From positions 1 to 15,790 of the forward strand of contig CAYVLA010000075.1 in assembly GCA_964452145.1 (NCBI GenBank): 15,790 bases of DNA. Direction: 5' to 3'. Under the pieces are notes generated by a model that worked only from the letters and a program-made list of their open reading frames with translations, was not told where the DNA came from and ran no database searches. Position 1 is the first letter of the stretch. Each line of letters opens with the position of its first letter. The DNA is from Candidatus Hadarchaeota archaeon. Its GTDB lineage: Archaea > CAYQAE01 > CAYVLA01. Of the stretch, positions 1-7,472 are shown in pieces. The translations under genes were made by a program, and so were the position numbers.

Positions 1-36
1 GTAGAGGGACACCTGAACAACCGCGGATAGAGGCAT
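1..36 (-). CDS. 5' end of a gene running off the window; possibly YkoF/thiamine-binding-protein-like (partial)
   Basis: The minus strand reads ATG(36)-MPLSAVVQVSLY, open to the edge, with G-rich AGGGGCGGG just upstream. QVSLY resembles the N-terminal 'AQVSLYP' strand of YkoF/MTH1187-type proteins. Only 12 codons are visible. Confidence 0.3.
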   Translation of the reverse strand, partial: MPLSAVVQVSLY

Positions 37-301
37 CCCGCCCCTGATATAGCAATTACCACACGCCCGTAGCATGCCCTGTTGGCGATCGCCGATGCAA
101 CCATGTCAGAAATCCGATCATGACCACCTCCTCTAGGTGTTCTCCTCAGATACTGGGAAGCTGGGAAGATCAAACCCGTCTCGACGGAAACCCGACAAGC
201 CATCGCAGCGATCCATTCGCCATCCTGATCCAGGGCGGGCTGACCGGCTCCGCGATCAGTTACGGGATCTCGGGGCCCTTGGGCCGCTCCAATCCTTCGC
301 T

Positions 302-2593
302 TCATGATTCCCGATCTCGCGGAGAGACCTTTGGCGCACACCCGAAGATTGGATTCCTCTGGCGGCGGATGATGCGGGTCTTCGGCCCGGCCCCGGGCAG
401 CCGGGTCGCCGGATCTAGTGATGTCTGGCCAAGGCAGTGACAGGCTCGGGACTGAAACGGTTGGCGAAGAGAAAGCTTGAGCAGGACGCCCATGGCAATC
501 GTGACGATGATCGCGCAAGACCACTCCGGTATCTCTCCAGGAGGCCCCACCCGCCACAGCTTGATAGATCCGTCAAGGGACCCCACCGCAATTCTGGAAC
601 CGTCGGGCGACCACGACACGCAGGAAACCGGCCTCACCGGTACGGTCAGGTTGAGTGTGGAAATGAGACCAATCGCGTCGAGGCACCAGATGGCTGTGCC
701 TGCGGCCAGGCAGGTGGAGTTCGGCGCCCAGTCCATGGAGCGTGCCAGCTGTCCAAGGCCGAAGAAGGAACCCGGGATTGGCGGTGCGGCGATGGAACCG
801 ATCTGGAGAAGCGTGACCAGGCGTCCGCCACCAAGCGGCTCGGAGGACTCGTGGACCTCCCACACGGTCACGTTGGCTAGATACCTTCTGCCGGTGCAGG
901 AGGTAGGCGACCCGTCCTCCGGGTCCCGTTCGGTGCCGGACTCGGCGAGGCACGCAAGCTTGGATCCATCGGGCGACCATGAAAGCGACAGAACCTCCCT
1001 GCCGTGGAATTGTTCCCGGCCCGCCCGGCCCAGCAGCACGGGCGTCCACGGATCCCAGACCCCGACCTGAAATCGGAGCCCAACGGCGAGCATCTCTCCG
1101 TCAGGGGACCAAGCCATGCTCAGGACTTCCTCGCCTATCGGGAGGTCGGCTACGAGCGGTGCATCCATTCTTGACACGTCGCGTATCTCGACCCCGGCCG
1201 AACCGCCTAACGCCAGAACTCCCGGGCGGCCCGGGCACCACTCCAGGATGGTGACCTCTTGGGCCAGGTCCAACCTGTTGTAGAGAGTGCCGAACTCGGC
1301 GTCCCAGATCGATACCTGGTACCTGCCCGTTACTCCCGCCATCATCCTTCCATCCGGAGAAAGGACCGATCCGCAGCTGGACCAGTTCCAGGCAGGCCCG
1401 ATCTGCAATATGGCTGATCCGTCCTCCCCGTAGATTTCGATGTAATCGCTTGTGCCGCCTCGGCATGCTGCAAGCCGGCTGCCGTCCGGGTACCAAGACA
1501 GAGACTTGACGGCCGGACCCCAACCGACGAACGATCGGGCGAGCCACAGCTGGCCGGAGTCCGGGTTGACCGTCCAGACCTTCACCGTGTGATCCCTGGA
1601 GGCCGAGACCAGACAGGACCCCTCCCAGGACATGGAGATGATGGAGTCCCGGTGGGCCGAGACGTTCGCCACCACCTCTCCCGTCATCCATCTCCACAGA
1701 ATCATTCTGCCATCGGATGTGCCGAGCGCGATGATGGAATCGTCGGGTGACCATTCCAGGGATGCTCCGTCCCACCCCATCTTATTGATCAGGATTGCGG
1801 CTGCCTGGGTACCATTAGCGGCCCAGTAGACTATAGCGGAATGTCTATCCGACAACTGCGGGGCTCTGTACACCGTGGCCACCATCTCGCCATCATGCGA
1901 TCTTCCGCCCAGGGTTCCCTTCAGCTCCACGATCGACCCGTCGGATAGGTCACGTATCTGCGTCGCTGTTCCCAGCGAGCAGCTCATTATGCGTCTTCCA
2001 TCCGGGAACCATTCGATGCTCGATCCGAAGCCCAGAAAGTACCCGGACGGCACGGGGGTCGAGCCTTGGTAGGAGAGGATGTGTCTTCCGGTCTCGACGT
2101 CGAAGATGTGCACCTGGTCGCTCCACCAGCTGATCGCCAGCAGTGAGCCGTTGGGCGACCAGGCCATTGGCCAGGGGACGGCTCCCCAGGAGCGGGGTGC
2201 AAAGAGGAAGGGATCGTACTGATACTCCACCCTGCTGACCATCGTGAGGGCGGGGACTTGCAGAATCGTGATCTGCCCGAGACAGTTCGACAGTGCGATC
2301 AGCGAGCCGTTCGGAGACCATTCGAAGCCGGCAATGATCAGGCCGGAGGGAGCCGGAAGGACGGAGGCAAGGGTGCCGTTGAGGTGCCAGAGATGAAATG
2401 CGGAATCGCTGCATGTCGCCAGCAGTCGTCCGGCGGGATCAAGCTGTGCCTTCTGCAGCCACCCCAGCCCGATCGCAAGCTCGGGCTGATTCGATGCAGC
2501 CGCCGGTACCCCCGCGTGACAGACCATCGACAGCAACATGATCTCCGCGACGGTGCGAACGGTTACGCGCCTCCTCTGGCTAGCGGAAGGCAT
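302..2593 (-). CDS. Exported WD40-repeat beta-propeller protein (probably two propellers) with a PEF-CTERM-like C-terminal anchor
   Basis: 763 aa ORF. It has more than 10 repeats of the W-S-P-[DN]-G type and a canonical WD unit (SAHRDSIISMSWEGSCLVSASRDHTVKVW). The N-terminus is basic plus hydrophobic ending AAAS, like a signal peptide. There are 9 N-X-S/T sequons, and GEIPEW is followed by a hydrophobic helix and K/R near the C-terminus. Confidence 0.9.
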   Translation of the reverse strand: MPSASQRRRVTVRTVAEIMLLSMVCHAGVPAAASNQPELAIGLGWLQKAQLDPAGRLLATCSDSAFHLWHLNGTLASVLPAPSGLIIAGFEWSPNGSLIALSNCLGQITILQVPALTMVSRVEYQYDPFLFAPRSWGAVPWPMAWSPNGSLLAISWWSDQVHIFDVETGRHILSYQGSTPVPSGYFLGFGSSIEWFPDGRRIMSCSLGTATQIRDLSDGSIVELKGTLGGRSHDGEMVATVYRAPQLSDRHSAIVYWAANGTQAAAILINKMGWDGASLEWSPDDSIIALGTSDGRMILWRWMTGEVVANVSAHRDSIISMSWEGSCLVSASRDHTVKVWTVNPDSGQLWLARSFVGWGPAVKSLSWYPDGSRLAACRGGTSDYIEIYGEDGSAILQIGPAWNWSSCGSVLSPDGRMMAGVTGRYQVSIWDAEFGTLYNRLDLAQEVTILEWCPGRPGVLALGGSAGVEIRDVSRMDAPLVADLPIGEEVLSMAWSPDGEMLAVGLRFQVGVWDPWTPVLLGRAGREQFHGREVLSLSWSPDGSKLACLAESGTERDPEDGSPTSCTGRRYLANVTVWEVHESSEPLGGGRLVTLLQIGSIAAPPIPGSFFGLGQLARSMDWAPNSTCLAAGTAIWCLDAIGLISTLNLTVPVRPVSCVSWSPDGSRIAVGSLDGSIKLWRVGPPGEIPEWSCAIIVTIAMGVLLKLSLRQPFQSRACHCLGQTSLDPATRLPGAGPKTRIIRRQRNPIFGCAPKVSPRDRES

Positions 2594-2623
2594 TCAACCC
2601 CCGGGAAGATGAAGGGCCCAACC

Positions 2624-2631
2624 GATAAAAA
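2624..2631 (-). promoter_or_regulatory. Archaeal TATA-like box of the WD40 gene
   Basis: TTTTTATC on the minus strand lies 31 nt upstream of ATG 2593 in otherwise GC-rich DNA. GGGGGTTGA precedes the ATG. Confidence 0.55.
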
Positions 2632-2857
2632 TGGCACACACGATATCCGCACCTCTTGGGGCAGAGAGGCTCTCGGAGGAACCATGATCCCTTCCAGCGT
2701 CAGGTAGCCGTGTGCCGGATTGGTCAACTCGGCTACCCTGTGCCGGGCAGGCGCAGTCTACTGGCGAAGATCGGTCCAGCCGTCGTGGGCCGGCTTCTCC
2801 TGACCATCCAAGTGGTCCCGGTCGTTTCGTTTAGCCCAATCTGACCCTGCAACGGGG

Positions 2858-3916
2858 TCATGCGTTCATCAGGACGACCACGCCGCGAACAAGGATGAGA
2901 AGCAGAAGGATCGATGCCACCAGCATCTGCTCGCCCACGGGAAAGGTAGCATACCCCTGGTTGGGCCACTTGTCCAGCGTGGTCAGCCGATTCTCAACGT
3001 ACTCTCGCACCGCGACGACGTAGTCAAACACAGCCGGGCTGCCGATCGCTGATGCATTGAACTGCAGCCCCAAGGAGGCCCCGTCAACAGTGAAGGGAGC
3101 CTCGGCGAGCCTGCCCCCGCCCCCGGGCCATGTCCAGACCTCGCCCGCGAAACCGTTCTGGCCTAGCGTGACTCTGACAAGCGCATCCACGCCAAGGCCA
3201 TTGTCCAGCAGGGGCCAGTTGCCCCAGGGCCTGGTGCTCCGATCCCTGTCCAGGTCGATGAGCAGACCCCACTCGATGAAGGTAGGGGGGTCGGAGATGC
3301 TTCCCGGAACCAGGCCGAGCACATCGATGTCGATGCGGTAGAACGGGTCCTCAAGCGCTATCGTGATTGCCGTGATGTCGAGGTATGCTTGGCCCGCCTT
3401 TCCATTGCCGTCCGGATCAAAGAGGTCATAGATGGTGTCGTTGTGGCAGGAGACATGGCTCGGGCCGGTAGGCGACGCCCTCTCGCCCGAGAGCAACGCG
3501 ACGATGCCATTGGCTTGAACGATCTCCGCGACGGTCCCCGACCACTCACCTTGCCCTGCCCTCCCATCCACGGACTGGGTCCCGATCAGTTGGCTATCTA
3601 TGCGGGAGGGACACTCGTCGGATGTGGCCTGCGGGCCGGCCAAGACCTCGCCCTCCTTTCGCTCATCAGAGGAAGCGTGCGGGCCGACGACCAGAACCTG
3701 CATCCCGGCGTGCGGACGATCCGGAAGCTGCGGCGATGTCGTGACACTCGTCGGGGTCAGACTCGATATCAGAAGGACTACACAGAATGAGGGCAGCAGA
3801 ACCCTGGGTGGTTGCAGATCGCGAAGGTCCTGCGAGACCTTTCTCAGATGGTCTCCACGACAAACTGCAGGTATATCCAGCGGCAGAAAACCCCAACATC
3901 TGCCTCTTGCACGCAT
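2858..3916 (-). CDS. Secreted, membrane-anchored protein with a DOMON/CBM9-like (glucodextranase C-terminal-like) beta-sandwich
   Basis: The ORF contains DPDGNG...YLDITAI...WGLLIDLDRDRST...TVDGASLGLQF...IGSP, typical of DOMON-like sugar-binding domains. It has a hydrophobic signal region (VLLPSFCVVLLISSL) and C-terminal PVGE plus a TM helix. I moved the start from the track's 3997 because a TATA-like box lies at 3947-3954. An alternative start is CTG at 3847. Confidence 0.7.
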   Translation of the reverse strand: MRARGRCWGFLPLDIPAVCRGDHLRKVSQDLRDLQPPRVLLPSFCVVLLISSLTPTSVTTSPQLPDRPHAGMQVLVVGPHASSDERKEGEVLAGPQATSDECPSRIDSQLIGTQSVDGRAGQGEWSGTVAEIVQANGIVALLSGERASPTGPSHVSCHNDTIYDLFDPDGNGKAGQAYLDITAITIALEDPFYRIDIDVLGLVPGSISDPPTFIEWGLLIDLDRDRSTRPWGNWPLLDNGLGVDALVRVTLGQNGFAGEVWTWPGGGGRLAEAPFTVDGASLGLQFNASAIGSPAVFDYVVAVREYVENRLTTLDKWPNQGYATFPVGEQMLVASILLLLILVRGVVVLMNA

Positions 3917-3946
3917 TGCAGGACCGGGCTTGTCAAGAAGAATCTG

Positions 3947-3954
3947 GATAAAAA
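3947..3954 (-). promoter_or_regulatory. Archaeal TATA-like box
   Basis: The same octamer TTTTTATC as at 2624-2631, with the same 31-nt offset to an in-frame ATG (3916). Confidence 0.55.
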
Positions 3955-4117
3955 GGTTGTGGCACAACCAGTAGTTACCAATGTAGATTTGTGTCACCGC
4001 CCCGTGTCACGAACGTCACCGTAGGCGCGACAGTTAGTTGCGGAACCCGTCACGGTTCGGTCGCCCCCCACGCCCGAAGAGCCTACTACCAGGGGGCCAT
4101 GGCCATCGTGCGGAACA

Positions 4118-4429
4118 TTAGATCGACTTTGAGATATCTCTGCCATGTATGATGACGCACTTCTCTGACACGGTCTGAATTATTAGGTTCTCGACCTTCT
4201 TCGCCTCTTCCGGTTCTTCTTCCTCTTCCGCTTTATGTAGCTCCTTGATGATGGCCTCCATGTCACTTGTCTCCATCTCTAGGAGTTTGCTGGACCGTGT
4301 TGGCGCACTATCAAGTGGCTGTAGAAGAGATATCCTTCCGTTCTGGCGAAGCCAGTTCTGGAAGAAGACGGTATCCTGGAAGCTCTGAAGAAAGGCCCGC
4401 AACTCTATGTATGTCAAGTGTTCTAGCAC
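4118..4429 (-). CDS. Small hypothetical protein (103 aa) with an acidic helical stretch
   Basis: GTG start preceded by GAGGGGG. The sequence is protein-like (MEAIIKELHKAEEEEEPEEAKKVENLII) and the ORF lies in lower-GC DNA, where chance ORFs are less likely. No family recognised. Confidence 0.55.
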   Translation of the reverse strand: MLEHLTYIELRAFLQSFQDTVFFQNWLRQNGRISLLQPLDSAPTRSSKLLEMETSDMEAIIKELHKAEEEEEPEEAKKVENLIIQTVSEKCVIIHGRDISKSI

Positions 4430-4620
4430 CGTGTGTCGCCCCCTCGACGAAGCAATGTTGTGGTCCTAGGTAATTGAAACATTCAAACGACAGGAATACC
4501 TGTGAACAGCTTATGATGGTACGTTCATGGCTTGTTCCTAGCCAGTCACCTTGCTCCGTGTTTGAACTCTGAAGCAACCTTCTTAAGGGGTCTACACATC
4601 GCCTACATCGCCTCAGTAGT

Positions 4621-4636
4621 GGACTTCGGGAAGTCC
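4621..4636. promoter_or_regulatory. Perfect inverted repeat GGACTTC-GG-GAAGTCC between divergent genes
   Basis: Read directly from the sequence. It lies about 35 nt downstream of a TATA-like AACCTTCTTAAG (about 4576-4587) and upstream of the 4745 gene. Confidence 0.35.
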
Positions 4637-4744
4637 GAGGTCAACATCGGCCCTGAGTACTCGAGGCGGTCAGCGGGAGAGAGCCGTTGCGCCTTGTGGA
4701 ACGGGGAGACTTGACCGAATGCTGGGAATGGGTTTGGCGTTGGA

Positions 4745-6106
4745 GTGGTCCTGGCGAAGATGACGAATCACGGTGGGAGCTTGCGACTGTTCGTCTTGGG
4801 GGGATGCTGTTGCCTGGTTGTGTCCATGTTCTGGTGCCCTGCTGTAGGGAGGGATGATCCTCTTGAGGTGCTCTGGGTCACCGATATCAAGAAGATGGAC
4901 TTCGAGGCCCGTTATCTCAGAAGCGAGCCTATGATTGATGCCATCATCGTCCCTGGCTACGGCAGCACGGCTGCCCTGTCGACCCTTGAGGTTCGTAGAC
5001 TCATGAGGCGGTACTACCCGAGGAGCTTTGAGGAACTTGTTGAGAGATACGAGTTCGTTGTCCTCAAGATGATGGATTTCCGGTCCTTCACCTCGGCACA
5101 ACTGGAGTGGGTCAGGAGAGGTATCGAGGAGTCGGGCCTGGGGGGCCTGATTGAGTACATGATCCTGACCTATTCCCCCACCCAGCTGACGGACTCTATC
5201 ATCTCTGAGGCGTTCCCCACCGATGCAGCTGCCGTTGTGGAATCGGGCATATTCGTGAGGAGGGGTTCTCTGGAGATCATCATCAACGAGGACCCGACTC
5301 TTCCCGGCGTATTCACTCGGCTCAAAGACCATCTAGGACTTCAGTTCTCTTGGGTCGCAATCTCGTTCATCATCCCTAGGGAAGGCTCCCGCATATATGC
5401 CTGGGGAAGGACAGGTATTTCCCCTATCTACTCATCAGTAAGGGAAGAGGGTACGTGGCCCCTTGTTGTGGGTTGGCGGTACGGTGAGGGCTACACGTGG
5501 TGTGTAGGGGAGACATCTTCTCTCGGCGTCTGGCGCGGTGAGTATGGCCCGGATGCCTATTTCTCTATGCTGATGTACAGCACCGGGAGGGGTCTGCCGG
5601 AGGACGTGGTCTTCGTCCACAGACTCAAGAAACGCTTCGGTGAGTACTCCGAGAAGCAGGGGCTCATCATCTCGATGGTGGAGTTCGTTGAGAAGTTCGG
5701 GGCCAATACCAACCCATTGATGGTGAAGATAGTAGGCATGGATGAAGCATGGAGCGAGGCTAGGCGTCTCTATATTGCCCAGGACTATCAGGCGTCATGG
5801 TCCCTCTTTGACCAGCTCCTGGCCAGCATCGACTCCTTCTCAGACGAGGCCTTGGCCCTGAAGGATAAGACCCTCTTCTGGGTCTATGTCTCCCAGTGGT
5901 GTGCAATCACAGCCGTCTCCCTCCTGTCAGGCTTCATACTCTGGACACTGATGGTGGGGAGGCGTCTATACAGGGTGGTTGATCAGACAAGGCTCAGACC
6001 ACCACCAGGGGAAACCGGTGCCGAGTACCCCCGGTATTCGAGGAAGGAGGACCCCAATCCGCCGTGGGATGGGAGAAGGGAGTCCAGCCTGTTTGTAGTC
6101 TCGTAG
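4745..6106 (+). CDS. Membrane-anchored protein with a class I GATase-like (DUF1355-like) domain, a helical stalk and a C-terminal TM helix
   Basis: 453 aa with a signal-like N-terminus (start may be ATG 4760). YEFVVL...FTSAQLEWVRRGIEESGLGGL and WPLVVGWRYGEGYTW match GATase1-like patterns. An amphipathic helical region follows, then a TM (WCAITAVSLLSGFILWTLMV) and RRLYR. Confidence 0.8.
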   Translation: MVLAKMTNHGGSLRLFVLGGCCCLVVSMFWCPAVGRDDPLEVLWVTDIKKMDFEARYLRSEPMIDAIIVPGYGSTAALSTLEVRRLMRRYYPRSFEELVERYEFVVLKMMDFRSFTSAQLEWVRRGIEESGLGGLIEYMILTYSPTQLTDSIISEAFPTDAAAVVESGIFVRRGSLEIIINEDPTLPGVFTRLKDHLGLQFSWVAISFIIPREGSRIYAWGRTGISPIYSSVREEGTWPLVVGWRYGEGYTWCVGETSSLGVWRGEYGPDAYFSMLMYSTGRGLPEDVVFVHRLKKRFGEYSEKQGLIISMVEFVEKFGANTNPLMVKIVGMDEAWSEARRLYIAQDYQASWSLFDQLLASIDSFSDEALALKDKTLFWVYVSQWCAITAVSLLSGFILWTLMVGRRLYRVVDQTRLRPPPGETGAEYPRYSRKEDPNPPWDGRRESSLFVVS

Positions 6107-6523
6107 GTCATGACGGTCGAACCCGGGCGTCACCGTACATTGGTAACTACTGACAACAACCAACCATCCATGAGCCTCCGACCGGTGGAACACCTCGTTC
6201 CGCATGGTTCCGACCAAAACACAAGAAGGGTTCCATCCAACCGTGTTCCGAGCGTTGTGAGGCCTACGAGAAAGACCGGGATCGTGTGTGCCGCATTCAC
6301 GGTGCTGATCGTTCCGTTCACAGCTCTTGCTTGTATGTGCGAATCACTGTCTTCCTGGGCAATCGGGATCAGGAAACGGAGCGTGTCAGACCAGGCTCGC
6401 AGACAACCCATCGGGGGAGAAGTGCAGAATGTGCGTAGTACCGGGAACGTCATGAATGATGGGGACAAGGACGCACAAGAGGCCAACGCGATCGATGAAG
6501 GAATGGCGTGCGGAAAACCGAGA

Positions 6524-6532
6524 AGGAGGTGA
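6524..6532 (+). promoter_or_regulatory. Shine-Dalgarno site
   Basis: AGGAGGTGA ends 6 nt before ATG 6539. Confidence 0.8.
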
Positions 6533-6538
6533 TAACGG

Positions 6539-7162
6539 ATGAGGAGTGAGGTCAGCTGGAAGCGAGTCTCAGCTCTGGCGGCTTTCTGCCTAGTCTCGGT
6601 CATCGTGGCAGGGCTGGCAGGTGCCGAAGAGGGCATCAACGAGACGGGTGTCGAAGATGCGAATCAGACGAGTGCCGAGAACGCTGTCAACGAGACACAG
6701 GGTGCGTACATATCCTTGACGCCGGAAACCGGGTTCGCAACCACTACGATAGTGGGTGAGGCTTTCACTGCATATTCGGCCTTGTCGATCAGCTGGGAGG
6801 GCATCTCCGAGCCAGTGCCGGCGATACCGGCACCAGCCACGGTTCTGGAGGATGGAAGCTTTGTTGTGATGATCAGCATCCCAACCACCACACCGGGGAA
6901 CTACACGATCACTGCGAGCGACGCGGCGGGGGTCTCTGCATGGGCAGTGTTCGCCGTTGAGGACATGACGGGTCCGCTAGGACCTCAGGGCGAGCGGGGA
7001 GAACAGGGACCCGAAGGGCCTCAGGGCGAGCGCGGAGAGAAAGGCGACACCGGAGCAACTGGAGCCAGGGGGGAGATGGGCCCCCAAGGACCAGGACTGG
7101 CGTCGATGGTGATTGCACTCATCGCGCTTGTCGTGGGCGCATACGGAGCGACCAAGAGGTAG
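6539..7162 (+). CDS. Cell-surface protein: signal peptide, Ig-like (IPT/TIG-type) domain, collagen Gly-X-Y repeat and C-terminal TM anchor
   Basis: Strong SD and a signal peptide ending AGA. There are four N-X-T sequons, a beta-rich domain (ISLTPETG...PGNYTITASDAAG...AVFAV), 14 Gly-X-Y triplets, and a TM (LASMVIALIALVVGAYGA) followed by TKR. Confidence 0.9.
   Translation: MRSEVSWKRVSALAAFCLVSVIVAGLAGAEEGINETGVEDANQTSAENAVNETQGAYISLTPETGFATTTIVGEAFTAYSALSISWEGISEPVPAIPAPATVLEDGSFVVMISIPTTTPGNYTITASDAAGVSAWAVFAVEDMTGPLGPQGERGEQGPEGPQGERGEKGDTGATGARGEMGPQGPGLASMVIALIALVVGAYGATKR
6971..7096 (+). repeat. Collagen triple-helix repeat coding region
   Basis: GPL GPQ GER GEQ GPE GPQ GER GEK GDT GAT GAR GEM GPQ GPG. 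The DNA 14-mer CCTCAGGGCGAGCG is duplicated at 6983 and 7019, a 36-nt period. Confidence 0.9.
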
Positions 7163-7335
7163 AGCATCCTTCGAGAACGTGCGTAGCCGGATGCGGGGCG
7201 GACATGTCCTGTCGAGGTCCCCCACCACGGGCGGCGGGGCACGAGCATGCGTCTCATGCGCCTCGCTTCCGACGCACAACCCGATCGGGCCGACACCTTG
7301 CGGCAGTCCAACTCCGACGGACAGGCCCCTTGTGC

Positions 7336-7387
7336 GAAGTCCGCCGAGTAGGTGAACACGTATTCACCTGTCTTCATGTCGGACTTC
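7336..7387. other. Nested stem-loop between convergent genes (possible bidirectional terminator or stability element)
   Basis: Outer stem GAAGTCCG (7336-7343) / CGGACTTC (7380-7387). Inner stem AGGTGAA (7350-7356) / TTCACCT (7363-7369) with a 6-nt loop. Confidence 0.4.
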
Positions 7388-7472
7388 CGGGTGGACGTCA
7401 AGGGCGTGCATTGAGGCGAGCTCCGGAATGGCCGGCTCACAGGCAGATTGACGCCGCTCCAGTAATTGCGGT

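Noticed and set aside
240..285. TPP-riboswitch-like words (GAGA-TCCCGTA-ACTGATC, minus strand) upstream of a possible thiamine-binding gene
   Set aside because: It lacks the conserved UGAGA and the downstream UAAU-C/G-CC...GCG-AGG elements, so the resemblance is probably chance.
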